DNA from: Octopus bimaculoides
Taxonomy: Eukaryota
Reading direction: 5' to 3'
DNA length: 56,114 nucleotides
Assembly: GCF_001194135.2 (NCBI RefSeq)
Contig: NC_068982.1
Location: 24,247,848 to 24,303,961, forward strand
Made by a program: the position numbers and the translations under genes. The notes beneath the pieces were generated by a model. That model did not search any database, had not been told where the DNA came from, and saw nothing but the letters and a program-made list of their open reading frames with translations. Below are positions 25,501 through 40,013 of this stretch, in pieces; within the stretch, counting starts at the first letter, position 1; every line of letters starts with the position of its first letter.

Positions 25501-26375
25501 TGAAGCCAATTTTATTATAAAAACCACTTTGGATGACGAGGCAAACGTTGTTGATACATCCTAAAATACTGACATAAAACATTCTTCGTTAGAAGATTTC
25601 TCTATAATTTTCATGGCAATACATTAACAAGTATCCCTTTTTCGCAGTTGATTCAAGCAATGAAAACATGTCTAAATCGAAGCATACGCAAATCAATGAA
25701 TATTTGGGGCAGCAATGAATCTAATTTCAGAGAGCATCATTGTCAAACAGAAAAGAAAAAAACAAACAAACAAATAAAATTTGCATCCATAATTTTATAG
25801 AATAAAACGATTCACACGATAAATTTAACTCGCATATGTCACTGCAAAAACTAGAAAACAATATTCATATTTCAAAAATCTAAATACACTGTCGATTCCA
25901 ATTTCTGCAAAAACAAATCATGCGACCATTAAATGATTTAATCTTCTATAAATTGAAAGTAGAAATGAGTAGTAAATAATGAAATTCTGTGCGCACGAAT
26001 GCTATGTATATAAATAGAACTAAATATATGTATACAACCAGATTATACAGGTATTAAAATACTCATTAGTTAATGCCTGTAACTACACGTATGCGTGATA
26101 GTATTGTATTTATTACGTATGTAAGGAAGTGCGCAAGCGTCATTATGCGTCTATATCCTGAATGCTTTGTTTCCGATATTTCATATCTAAATGCAACAAA
26201 CTTGCCTTTAGTTAGAATGCTTTAAACTGGGTGGTAATAAAAATACGTAAACCTATATAAGGGTTTATTAAGTGAGTATATGAATGGACTGGGAATATAT
26301 AATATTGCTTAAAATGTATGTGTCGCCTCCATCCCTCCCACATCTAACTCATCATCTTCATCCACGCTTCCGTCT

Positions 26376-27440
26376 GTGGTTATCATTCCTCCTTATCTTC
26401 CCCTATCTGGGGTGGAGCGCTCTCTTCTCAGTAAGGATCTGCGCTTCATCACCCTCACTCTATCAGGAACGAGTTTAAGACCCGTGCTGACATTCATAGT
26501 TTTGTGCGCCAGGTTTGACCAGTTCCAAGTAGTTGATCATTGTGCAAGCATCTGCCAACCTGTTGTGGACGGGTTCAAATTTTACAGGTGTCCCCACAAT
26601 TTTTACACCTCGCTGGTCGAACTCTCGGCCTACCGACAAGGGCGGCGCTATGCTGGTGTAACGTGCAGACGTTTACAAGGCAGAAGCTCTCCGCCAACTT
26701 CAGGACATCTCCTTCTATAACCCTCTGCCTTGCAACCTCACGCCTAACTGCCAACAGACTGTGTCTTCCACTATTCATAACCTCATTTCCTTCTCCCGTC
26801 ACCCTCCCACCGCTTCCAACCTCTTTGTTCACACTCCAACATCACCACTATTTACTTACTTCTTAAAATGCACAAGCTCAACAACCTTGGCCGCCCTATT
26901 TCTCCGTTTGCAACTGCCCTGCGGAAATGATCTCCAAATACCTCAACCATGTCCTTGCTCCTCCTTGTGGCTTCCCTCCCCTCCGACATCCATGATGCTA
27001 ATCATGTTCTCCGTCTCTTTAAGTCTTTCTGCTACCCTTCTGGTCTCTCTAAATTCCCGTTCACTATTGATATCAAGAATTTATATACGGTGATAGCACA
27101 CAACGAAGGACTTTTTCCTCTGAAAGACTTTCTGGACTTTCGACCTGACTCCCAACCTGACATCTTCACATATTTTCGTCTGGTTGAATTTGTTCTCTCA
27201 TTCGACGGCTTTTCCTCTGCCGGGGAATTTTACTAACAAACTTCAGAAGTGGCCGTGGGAACGAGAATGGGCCCCAAATACGCGAAGCTGTTCGTTGGCT
27301 ACGCTGAGACCCAAACATTCTCACATTTCACTTGTCCCATTCCCGAACTATACGGTCGTTATATCGGTGACTGTATCGGCGCAACCTCACAACCCTCGCG
27401 AATAACTAGACTCCTTCGTCTCTTTTATCCAGTCCTTCCA
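26376..27440 (+). mobile_element. Penelope-like element (Neptune-type) reverse transcriptase pseudogene
   Basis: LSGVERSLLSKDL; PTDKGGAMLV*RADVYKAEALRQL; IYLLLKMHKLNNLGRP; FTIDIKNLYTVI; VAVGTRMGPKYAKLFVG; YGRYIGD (YIDD lost). Stops and frameshifts present. Confidence 0.9.
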
Positions 27441-27534
27441 TCTTGCCCTCTAATTCTCCTGCGCTAGATAGTCCCACCATGTAGGACTACCAATCTTTAT
27501 AAAGTAAACCATACCCGTTTGACAGAATGACGTC

Positions 27535-27840
27535 TCAGAATAGTTGTAGTGTATGTTCTAAAAACCCACATATTAACTGCAAAAACAAAAGCACTGTATA
27601 CCAGATTAAGTGCAAGAAGGGACTTGCGCGAGTATCCCAGAATCATATATTGGTGAAACTTCTAGGAGCATCAATGGCCCCTTAGGGAGGCTTAAGTCTG
27701 ACATCTTATCTACATATCCCACTGATGCAATGCTGAGACAAGTCACTGAAGCTGTATGTATACAGGAATACAAACTCACGCTCAACCTTACATCCGAACG
27801 GGGTAACACCCACATTCCGTTCGGGAGTACCCATCTATAG
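27535..27840 (+). mobile_element. GIY-YIG endonuclease remnant of a Penelope-like element
   Basis: CSVC...CKNKSTVYQIKC, then after a frameshift YIGETSRS...DAMLRQVTEAV.I...LN. Confidence 0.85.
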
Positions 27841-28009
27841 TCACCCCTTTCTTTCAATTGCATGTAGAAATCCAAACATATATGTTGAAATGTATGATAG
27901 TGACATACATATATGCAGTTATATGTAATATTATGAGTGTACATAGATTAATACTATATACTTATGTGTAGATGCATGTGAATTTTAGGGTTCGCACGCA
28001 CACACAAAC

Positions 28010-28094
<85 letters not shown>

Positions 28095-31000
28095 ACCTTC
28101 GATAGAATAAGTCATATATACTGCTTGAACAGACACACATATCAGTGCATAAGCATACGTTCACAACTACATACACATAAAGACACACACAGACACGTCT
28201 ACAAACATACATCTCCGTTATATATATGTGGGGGGGGGGTGTATGTGTGTGTGTACGTGTGTGTGTGTGTGTGTGCGTGTGTGTATACCTATGTACAAAT
28301 ACACTATTAATAGATGTATGTCTGAATGTAAATTTGTGTGGGTTGAACGCCTTCATGAAGTTCATGTAGATCACAAATGGCGTCATTAATTTCTAATCGA
28401 TTTTTGCTACATAACACGAAGATTTTCGAGGTTAAATTTTACCTAGGAATTGCGCAGGAACCTCTCAGAGTTATCATCAACCACCTTCTTCGTGTTGGTA
28501 AGGAGAACATTGCAAAAACATTTCACTAAGTACAGACGCCTGAACTGTTCATACTCTGGTTTTTGCAGTGGCATACTATCTTGCCAAACTATCCTGACAA
28601 GCATTACTCGAATTGGTACATTTTTTATTGTATGAGGTCGTAGAAATATCCCAAAGATTCTACAATGAATTTTTTTTCACGCGTAATACATCATGTTTGC
28701 GAAATTTCTATAACTTATTTTAGTATATTTTTTCAATAAAATTTATAATCCGACGGTGCTAATGAATAAGCAAACAAGGGAGCAGATGTTGAAATTAAAA
28801 GAAAGCAGTAGAATGGTAAGCAAGTATTTTTAGAACAATATATTTTCTATTTGTTGGGCATTTTGAATTTAGGCCATGTCACTCGTCAAAAAACCCCATT
28901 TATTTCTGTTGTATGCATTATTTACCGTTATTACGACTAATAGTCAAGGATTTAAGGTGAATGTACGTGATCACACGATTTTTTATTTTGCAGTATGCTG
29001 AAGGCATATTTCAAGAACTCTTAATTCAATTTTAGTTTCAAAGCCTGAAAGCATCAATATGGATGTCATAAATAATCTCATGTGGAACATGGTGACAGGC
29101 ATTTACATGCCGATACAGCTCACCTATTCCAATAGTTCATTTTCAAGTGAAGGAGATTCCATCGAGATCTTTAAAATATGCTTTAGATACTTGTCGTGAA
29201 ATCCTTCGTGAACATTTGTGTGTGGTTGATAAAAGTCTCATCGCCTATATGAGTATACTAAAGATGGGATGAAATAGTCACCGATGATGCAAAGTTCAGT
29301 GGGCTGTTTCAAGTCCATGACTGATCAGATTTTCAAGAATTTCTCTAGTACCCCAAACGCAACTGATGTTTGCAAAGCCAATAAGTTGATTTCGCAATCT
29401 ACGGATCTATTTCAAAAGATATATATCCTCTGTGATGGATGGAATTATCCACTGGGCAATTATATTTGTCTATACCCACATGTTTTCTAGAGCAGTTGTA
29501 AAAATCACATTATTCAAGTCCAAATGCAGTAAAGTGAGAGTAGAAATGTTTTAGGCTTTGTCTGAATATCTTGTGTCAAATAAACTATAAGATTACAACA
29601 ATTAATACTCAGAACAACAACAATTAATACTCAGTAATTAGATAAGCGTTTCTTTGAGATTTTAAACTATTCACAATGAGTATTTCATTTGTGCAATAGT
29701 GGACAAAGATTCCTACATTAAAAACATTAAAAGTAATGGCGATCGCTACTGTAAAGTATATGGGAACAATATGTAATGGGTGTATTCGACAGTTTAACAC
29801 AATTGTTCAGTGAACTCGATTCTGATAATGCAGCATTTGACTTGAAGAAATACAATAAATAAATTAAGAGGCGCACCACAGGTTTTCACGATGCTGCACA
29901 GTAAATGTTTCTCATCGTGTAAAAGGTTTTCATTTGAGCAACAACAATTTAGTAACGAAGACTAAGTATATGATTAAGTCTAAATCTGGGGCGAGTTTGT
30001 GAGTTGTGTCGAGGAATGTGTAGACTACATGAGATCTCGCAGAGAGAGATTCAACGAGAGACAGAACCATGGTATCCCGGTCGGTGCCAAGAAGTCATCC
30101 GATACCGACGTGAGAATGAACACTAATACGTGCGATCGGAATCCACTTGAAAACCCTCGAACAACGACGTGTCACAGAGATATGTGAAGCATATTTAATG
30201 AGAACCTGAGAAATATCTAACCAACAACTAAAAGCAAAGAAATAACCGGAAACTAGCCATAGTTGATTGTTACTACGTACTTTGCCTTTCAACTGATATC
30301 AGTGTAGAATCTCCTCAACGTTTCGGAAATCGTGACCCATTCCAAAAATTGATATCTAGTGCTGTCTCAAGATCAGCGATTGTTTAAGTTTTGACATCCT
30401 CCAAATCACAAGCATTGTTCATTCCTACAATTACACGAAACTGAGGTTGGATTTTATGTTGTTATCACATCTAGTAGATAGATTATAAAAAAAGATATAT
30501 GAAATTCCCCACCGCTATCACTTTTCAGATTACTTTTAGTATTATGGATTAAATTATATCCACATTGGGAATGTAGGAGGAGGCGAACGGAGGAGCATTT
30601 TTGAGGAGAATATATATCTCTTTAAATAAGATGTAGACTATTTTAGAACATTTTTTGTCTACGACCAGTTAATAAGGTCACCTAGCACACTCTACTTATT
30701 GACCTCATATTTCCCAGTAATTTTGACTTGTGATCTTTCTTCTATCTCCAAAAAATCTTATGGAGTTAAATGTAATTTACGCTGTTAATAGTGTGATGCG
30801 CATTTTTTTCGTGATATACTTCAATGAACCAATTTTTGTTTGTTTTTGCTTATCCTAAAACACATGTTATTAGGTGTACTAGCATAAACCTAGTTTAAAC
30901 TCTGATTCCCAAGCATGAGTCTATGGATTTGTTACATATCTACGAAATGTAGTCGCTAAATCTTGGAGTTTTCGACATTCAGGCATTTCGGAAACTTCGT

Positions 31001-32562
31001 TTTTTTCTATTACAAATTTGTGCCTCGCATCTAGATTGAGATTTGCAAATATAGGTCAATGATTCTACTGACGTTACAATAACCAACATTACAAAAAACA
31101 GTAATACAGATTTTGCAATTTATAAAGTCATCTTGTTTCGTTCAAGAATTTATCCAAGTAAGTTTATATTTAAGTTTGTGTTGATTATTATATCTTATAA
31201 GTCCTACCTTAGAATGTAGCTGCAACGAGAGTAAACAACTATATATTTTAACGTATGCCAAAGCGTACCAAACTACATCGTGTATTGAAATTACAACATA
31301 AATCTTTATTAAACTCACCAGTGAGAATAGTATCTCCATTTGTTGGAGTGAAACAAAATTTAATAGCTAAACACGCTGGTAAAGAAAAAGAGTTTCGTAC
31401 GCTGAATAAAGTGGTGCACAGAGAGAAATAAAAATCGCATTACACCCCACAAACAATAGAAAACAGAGTTTGATGATGCATTCACTCATACTTGAGGGCA
31501 AGTCATTTAGCTTAAAAGCTAGTTATTCTTGATCACATGAACAATGCCAATTTATCTTCTGTAAATCTATCGGTCTGCCAGCCTAAAACATAATGTAACA
31601 ACTACCGGTGAGATTTAGTGGTCCCCTGACGACAATTTTTTTTTCAAATAAGCAGCGTCATCGAACTTGTATCGGTCAAAATCTGTTGCATCGAGAGTAG
31701 TGCTACTCTCAGATCTTTATTTTAAATCATCCACAAGCGTTCGCATATTGTAGGGGAACATCAATAGATGTGCTTTTAAGTTGAGGTAAATTAACCGGCG
31801 AGTATTACCATTTCTTGTTAGCTGATTCTTTAATGAATATGCAGTATCTCCTCGAAATAAATCTATTCTGGGTTTCTTTAAGAAAACGGTGTTAAGTTAG
31901 ATCTTCAACGGACAAATAAGGAGTTTTGTCAGTAAAAGGGCATCGAGAAAGAAGTATGGGGAAAGCGCTGGTGGTCTTCTATTCCTCATGACATATTTCA
32001 ATGTTGAGTACTAGTAAAAAGAGACGCATAGTATTCCACTGGTACACAGTGTGTCAACGGTAGAAGTAAAAGTGACTGATGTACGGGAAAAAGTGAATTC
32101 TCTCTTTGTTTCTCAGCTCCCATATACCAGTAACTGTACATGAAAGATTACATTTGATTTTATTTCCACTTCTCGTCGCCAAACAAGACCCAGCACAAGA
32201 AAATGAGGGTGTATAAGCCGGAGATTTCAGTTTCATCTTTGGATATTATGAAAAAAATTATACACCCTTCTCTTTCAGGTGATCTTAGAATACGTTGAAT
32301 TTTGGGGATTATGGCCCTGTGATTTGGCGAGAGATTCGATTACCTTAAGCCGGAGACATCCGCATTTTCAAACAAGGCAAAAAAGTTGCATACACAGAAT
32401 CACGAATAAGCAGTCATACACACGTACAGTGCATCCGCGAACGCGCAAACACATATTTTTAACTGTATGCAACGTACATATATAGTATCTATATAGTAAA
32501 AAAAATTATGCTTTATATGCGTGTATATGCAGGTATGACTATATATATATGTATATATATAT

Positions 32563-32598
<36 letters not shown>

Positions 32599-34439
32599 NN
32601 NNNNNNNNNNNNNNNNNNNNNNNNNNNNNNNNNNNNNNNNNNNNNNNNNNNNNNNNNNNNNNNNNNNNNNNNNNNNNNNNNNNNNNNNNNNNNNNNNNNN
32701 NNNNNNNNNNNNNNNNNNNNNNNNNNNNNNNNNNNNNNNNNNNNNNNNNNNNNNNNNNNNNNNNNNNNNNNNNNNNNNNNNNNNNNNNNNNNNNNNNNNN
32801 NNNNNNNNNNNNNNNNNNNNNNNNNNNNNNNNNNNNNNNNNNNNNNNNNNNNNNNNNNNNNNNNNNNNNNNNNNNNNNNNNNNNNNNNNNNNNNNNNNNN
32901 NNNNNNNNNNNNNNNNNNNNNNNNNNNNNNNNNNNNNNNNNNNNNNNNNNNNNNNNNNNNNNNNNNNNNNNNNNNNNNNNNNNNNNNNNNNNNNNNNNNN
33001 NNNNNNNNNNNNNNNNNNNNNNNNNNNNNNNNNNNNNNNNNNNNNNNNNNNNNNNNNNNNNNNNNNNNNNNNNNNNNNNNNNNNNNNNNNNNNNNNNNNN
33101 NNNNNNNNNNNNNNNNNNNNNNNNNNNNNNNNNNNNNNNNNNNNNNNNNNNNNNNNNNNNNNNNNNNNNNNNNNNNNNNNNNNNNNNNNNNNNNNNNNNN
33201 NNNNNNNNNNNNNNNNNNNNNNNNNNNNNNATATACACACATACATATATGTATTAGCATATACATATATGTATTAGCATATACATATATATATAAATAC
33301 ATACATACATATACATATATATATATATTCCAATAAAGAGGAACATATAAGTTTATATATACTAAAACCAGTACACTTCATTTATTTTTAAAGTGAGACA
33401 TCGTTTCTCTTCATCATTATTAATTTGTTAAAATTAAGCACAGAATTTAATATTGTTGTTGAAGAATAAATATTCCATAAACAGTGAAAAAGTTAATTTT
33501 GTTTCACTAACTTTAATATCAGCATATTCAATCACTCTCATGAATATACATACATGTATACATACAAGAATATACGCTTGTGCACACTCACTCACGCGTA
33601 TACTCACATTCACACATATGAATTACATGTGAGTATTGTGTATACGCATACATATGTGTGTATGTGTATGTATATGTTTATATTTATATGCATATATGTA
33701 TTTTTGTATGTATGTATGCTTATATGTATTTATGTATGTAGATATGTAGGTATATATCTATAACTATATGTTTATGTAGATGTGAAATATATTTTTGTTT
33801 AAGAATCTTTTATTAAAATTGTTCGACTACATTGAAGTTTTTCTTTATTGTTGTGTTTCGAAATGACTTTGTTTTATTAATCTTGTATTTAGCATGAAAT
33901 ATTTTTGGGGCGGTTTTATTGTTTGCACATGTTACTGCTGTAGCATAAGTGTCAGATACTCTTGTCAGGTTACGTTAACGACAAAATATAGGGTGTTTTC
34001 GAATATTCGCACATGAACTTCGGATTTCCTTCGTTAACAGAAGAGTGTTATACCCTGTGTCTTACTATCGCTGCCAATGTACGTGATCACTGGTTTGAAA
34101 GTGATGTACACTGAAACTAAAAAATATTTTCGAGGTCTATATTCAGTGATATATATTTGCATTTAGTTAAATTGAGTTGTTAGATATAGAGCCTTGGAAA
34201 AAAACCCTTACTCCCAATTCCAGAACATTCAAGTTCACGTACAATAGGTTGTAACATCCCTGAGCAAACATCTATGGGAGTTAGACGAAAGTATGATTGC
34301 CGCGAGCGAGTAAAAGGGGTGATTATAGACTGTTCAGTATCATAAAAAAATATCCGTTAATCGCACGAAATATGCACGTTCTAAGAGAAATGATACAATA
34401 TCTCGATACAGACAGAAAATTGAATTCAAATTCAAAAAC

Positions 34440-35300
34440 TATAATAATAATATTTTCTACCGAAGCCTAAATCTCTCTGTTTCACCCGTCAGTGGGTGAG
34501 AAGTCCAGGGCTGGAAGTAGAGCCTGAACGCTTCATATTGGCGGTACAAGATCAGTACTTGCTTACAAAATCTACCAAGTTTCTTCAAAACATTTCTGAT
34601 CCTAAATACAGATTCTTCGACACATTTGACCAAGCAATAGACCATCTCGTCTCGGGTTGTCCTGTGCTAACACCAAACGAATACACAAATCTCCACTATA
34701 GAGTAGGACAGTATTTACATATAAAAATATGTAAACACTAGAAAATCACCACTCTTGTTTACTGGTATGGACATCATCCTGAGTCAGTCATTGAAAGTAA
34801 ACATATCACTATCCTTTGGGATTTTCCAGTCACCACTAACAGGAAGATCCAAGCTAATCGAACAGACATGATTATTAAAAGCAGGGAGCCTATAAATACA
34901 TATATGTAAAGGATTTTGATAAATTAAGTGAATATAAGTACAAGGAAATTGAAACTAAGTAAATATAAGGACATGCAAATTGAAATACAAAAGATGTGGT
35001 ATCTTAAAGCGAGAACTATTCCTATTATAGTAGATGCCCTACGTATGATAAAAAATGGATGACAGAAACATTTAGATGACATCTCAGGAGAATTAGGTCT
35101 CACAGAAATTCAAGATTGTACTGAGAAATACTGCCCAAATCCTTCGAAAAGCCCTATCCATTTAAATGTATGTGTTGTATTACATTAAGTTATTTCGCTA
35201 CCTCCCTTCCACAACTTTCAGTCATAATGAAACGTGTCTTCTACTTCACTCATCCCAGGACGCTGAGTGTGTCTTAGCAAGCGACTGTAAGAAACATACA
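34440..35300 (+). mobile_element. R4/Dong-type LINE 3' end (zinc knuckle and restriction-like endonuclease remnant)
   Basis: GLEVEPERFILAVQDQ...IDHLVSGCPVL...VGQYLH; ILWDFPV...ANRTDMII; YKDMQIEIQKMW...IPIIVDAL; starts after aataataataat and ends in aataataacataataat. Confidence 0.88.
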
Positions 35301-35302
35301 GG

Positions 35303-35319
35303 TCAATAATAACATAATA

Positions 35320-35393
<74 letters not shown>

Positions 35394-35398
35394 AATAC

Positions 35399-35462
<64 letters not shown>

Positions 35463-35497
35463 AAGAAGAAGAAGAAGAAGAAGAAGAAGAAGAAGAA
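35303..35497 (+). repeat. Compound microsatellite (ATG)n-(ATA)n-(AGA)n
   Basis: Seen directly; source of the poly-M/I/R ORF artefacts. Confidence 0.97.
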
Positions 35498-35570
35498 TCC
35501 TTTGTACTAGAGGCACAAGGCCTGAAAAAAATAATGATGATGATAATAATGGTAATAATAATAATAACCA

Positions 35571-36300
35571 TTCACATGATGACATTGTCATTTAACAGCT
35601 CACCACAAAAAAGTGTTGGCCTTTTCTAGTACTTTCTATGTTTACTAAAATTTTGACAGTTTATACATTTTTATATTTTAAATACGATGTGAGTTGGTAT
35701 AGACAAATTCCATCGTAAATACGATGCGGTATTTAAAGTTAAAATAATATAGCTTCTTAAAACTGTGAAATACTGTTTATAAACTTCGATATCTTAGCTA
35801 TGGTAGTCCCAAGTTGCCGACGATATTTTCAAAAATTTCATAAATTTTCATATCTTAGCTATGGTAGGACCTCCCAAAGAAATCTAGAGTTCTATACGTA
35901 AATTCGTCCCACTCTGGCATTTTGGCAAGCTTACCTGCCTCTTTCCTCTTAGTCACCCTCCCCCCCCCCACTCTCTCTTCTCCTTCCAATGTGTCCTCAG
36001 TGCTGCTGAAATCATTCACTCAATGAAATGGTGATTTAACAGCTCACCCCATAATAATAATAAAAAAAAAAAACAGAAAAGCCTTTTGTTGTCATTTCTA
36101 TGTTGGCTAAAACTTTGAGATGTTTATAGATTTTTATGTCTTAAGTACGATGTGAGTTGCCATTGATGAATTCCTTCGTCAATACAATGGGGTGTTTATA
36201 GATAGAATACTAGAGCTTCTTACAACTGTGAAATGTTGTTTATAAACTTCGATATATTAACTATGGTGGTCCCAGTTTGCCGACTCTACTCTCAAAAATC
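35571..36300. repeat. Diverged direct duplication, offset 444-463 bp
   Basis: taacagctcacc at 35593/36037; tacgatgtgagttg at 35683/36146; aactgtgaaat at 35761/36224. Confidence 0.9.
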
Positions 36301-36733
36301 TACTCGCACCCGCCCTTAATTGACTACCAGCCATATCAACTAGTAGTCCAATCAAACAGCCTCTATTAGTAGACACACGTCCGCTCCTAAATTTAACGCC
36401 GCAGTATCAGTAACAGCTAAACCGACATTATTTGTTGTCTAAAGAAATCAGGGAAGACAATATTAGCACCCTGCGTCCTTATTGTAATAATATAATTATA
36501 TTTTTATTGTAATAATATAATTATAGTAATAATTGTGAAACTCTAGGAGTGAGCTAGATAATAATAAGAGAGGGAATACAGTAGTAATAGTGACATTATA
36601 ATAGAGAACATTATAATAGTGAACAATAAATATCCCGGAAACAGATGTAAGACCTTTTATTTATAAATGTTCTGAAATCTTTCACAGCCTTGGATTTTTA
36701 TCTCATTCTGTTATTTTTTTTTATATACATACA

Positions 36734-36789
<56 letters not shown>

Positions 36790-37329
36790 TTAGTTTCAGT
36801 AAATGTATGACTTCTTAACCTAAAAGTTAAGAGCTTGTTACAAAATTTGCTCTGGGCTATTCACGATCTAAAGTTTATCGAAGTCTCTTCCTGAAACTAT
36901 ATTGCCGGTATTAGCTCAGTTTAAAAAACATATTTTGATATTTTTTTTAAGTACGTAGATTTTATTTATTGTTTGTGTTGCATTCACTGGAGACAAATTT
37001 TCTCTAGCCAATGTTGAATAACACAGTGTTCGTAAATTTTTTGTGTGCTTCCTTAAAAATTGAATAATTCTAGTCAACAGATGCCAAATTATATTAAAAG
37101 ACTCTTCACGGAAAATTCCTTAGTAGATTCGTGTATGACACTTGCACTAACTATAAACACGAGCTTCAAATTTAAATTGCATTGGCTCAACAGTACAAAT
37201 ATTTCTAGTTATTTTATTTCCACGTTATAACACTTACGTATCTTGTTAAAGACTTCACCACATCTAGATGAATATCCTTTATAAATTAATGTCTTCGAGG
37301 ACTGTGTTATGTATATAGGATTTCCTTTA

Positions 37330-38130
37330 TATTTTATACATCATCTTAAAGGCTCATTCGAATTATTTATTGCAACCAATGCTAAACCAAACACGAAGAA
37401 ATATTGTCTACGTAAATTTTTAAAAATCAGTACATTTTTCTTTTTTTCAGAAATCAATTATTATAGGGAGAAGATATTTTATATAAGATATATCATTTCT
37501 ATATAAATACCATTCAAATATCACGCTCTCCAACGAAATTAAACAATGGTACAGCAGTGCAAATGTCATCGAATGGTTCAATAAAATAGATAAATAGCAA
37601 GCCATAGTGTTTCACGCACTTTGATAGCGTTGACTTCTTTCTATCAATCAGGAAGCATCTATTAACAAATCCTCTTGACATCACTGATATCAATAACCAA
37701 TACAAAAAGACTTCGTTACACATAAAAAGAAATCAGTCCTAATTGATGAATAAAAAGTAAACAATGTTCCCTTAGATTTAACAATGGTATCTTAATACTA
37801 AGCTGAAACATTTGCCCTTAGAGGATAATATACCCAGCGATTTTGCAAGATATGTATTAAGTCCAGAACAGGGCTATAGGGGGACAACAGCTCATCTATG
37901 TACCGAAATATGAAGACTAACCAAATTTAACGAATTCAAAACGAACTAAATGGGTTTTTTTTTTTTAATATTGACATGAGAATAAATATAGAAAGTAACT
38001 TAATAGTAGTAAAGTACTTACACGTAATGCTCAACCTGACAGCCGGAAAGCACTACATTTTAAAAAGGCCCAAAAAGTCATATTCATACATAAATATAAA
38101 TATAAAATCACCCACCGTCCATTCCATTTA
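37330..38130 (+). mobile_element. Second Penelope-like RT remnant (different family), highly decayed
   Basis: KQWYSSANVIEWFNKI; FTHFDSVDFFLSI; LDLTMVS...AET; INIESNLIVVKYLHVMLNLTAGKHY...SYININ resemble PLE RT blocks. Confidence 0.7.
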
Positions 38131-38430
38131 TACACATACACACACATACACATGCAAACACACACATGCATAGATATATGTATGTGTGTATGTGTATTCA
38201 TATATATATGTATATATATATGTGTATATATATATATATATATATNNNNNNNNNNNNNNNNNNNNNNNNNNNNNNNNNNNNNNNNNNNNNNNNNNNNNNN
38301 NNNNNNNNNNNNNNNNNNNNNNNNNNNNNNNNNNNNNNNNNNNNNNNNNNNNNNNNNNNNNNNNNNNNNNNNNNNNNNNNNNNNNNNNNNNTTAAAATGT
38401 AGTGCTTTCCGGCTGTCAGGTTGAGCATTA
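38025..38430. repeat. Perfect 39-bp inverted repeat (38025-38063 / 38392-38430) bracketing a gap
   Basis: taatgctcaacctgacagccggaaagcactacattttaa and its exact reverse complement. Confidence 0.95.
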
Positions 38431-38965
38431 TATATATTCGTACACAGACTTATGCATATCTTTGTTCTATGAGAAATCTCAAAATAACAATCACCAGATT
38501 TAAACAATAGCATTTAAAAGCCGATGCCTATAATCTGACATTCACACGCATACTCCCTCGCACACACACACAAACACACACACACACACACACACGCATG
38601 CACACTCAAATATATATGGTTATAAGTAATACCTAAAGGCCTGGTATATTAATTTAGCAGTAAACTGCATGTTTCAAAATATTTATTATTATCAGCGACG
38701 CACCAATATTTTTCCAATTGCCTTCAAATGCTTAAAACTGGTGATATTGGCCTTGCGTCAATTATTTCGCATTAAGCTCCTATAACATGTGGAAAAACAT
38801 GTTCTGATTTATCCATCATATTCTATTTCTCATATTCGTAGCTTCATGTGACATCTTACTATTGTATGTATGTATGTATGTATGTATGTATATATGTATA
38901 CACACATACGCACATTTTTTCTCGCTCTCTTTCTCTCCTCTCTTCTTGTCTGTCTATCTGTCTCT

Positions 38966-39019
<54 letters not shown>

Positions 39020-39977
39020 AGCACACACACCTGTGTATATATATACATGTTTCTATATAGACATATATGCATATATATGTATGTATATGTGTATATGTAT
39101 GCGCTAGTCACTATGAGAGAATAGAGGCCTATGTTTAATTAAATTGTGTGCAAATGTACAATAAAGAAAATGGTGCAGCGTAATTGATAAACGTCGCTTA
39201 TTTTAGCAAATTAATTGCAGCCTAAAACAAAACAACTTACCAAAAATGTTGCACGAGTATTTACTTACAATCTTATTAAAACTAATACAACTTTTTACTT
39301 TAATTAGTTGTATTATGCAAACTCTATTTAAGGAGACAAAATTCGAAATAATCATACAAAAAAGAACATAATAAAGAAATTAAAAAGGAAAATAATAAAT
39401 TAATTTATTGCAAATATTAATAATATCATTGAAGAAATGAACAAAATTCAATAAAATGGAAATACAGATATCTGGATAGATAAGTACACAGCTATTTTTA
39501 TATCAGTCGTTGGTCGTGCTTCAAGCATGCAAGTGCAAAACAAATGGCAACTGTCAAAATCAACTTGAGCATGAATTAAATAAAGTAATTTGCATCAAAT
39601 TATACATCGCAGACACAGAACAATTTTGTTATAAGACGGATAATATGCAACTAAATAAAAAAAGAAAATAATATCGCCATATCTCTATTAAGCAGTAGAA
39701 AAACAATTGAATAAATTGTTAACACATTTTGAAAATAAAAACTTAAATATTATCTCTTAACCTAACTGATTTCTTCATAGGAAGAAAAATTGGTAAGGCT
39801 CATGTTATACATATACAATTCTTAATGTTGTAGCTATAATTCTTTCTGGTCGTTATCTTAAAAAGCTGCTGTTCGTAAATACATATAGCTGTTTGAACAG
39901 AAAATCATAGCACACGATTCAGGATAGTATCTTTATATATTCTTAGCCAAAAAATGCACAAAATCCGACTGCAGTAC

Positions 39978-40013
<36 letters not shown>

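Noticed and set aside
31520-32240. Coding-looking unique DNA (DATDFD, cadherin-like) and an 8-bp palindrome at ~31693
   Set aside because: Stops occur in all frames, and the motif and palindrome are within chance expectation.
29596-33290. Short 20-30 bp tandem duplications (29596, 33240; also 13216, 36480)
   Set aside because: Ordinary slippage products.
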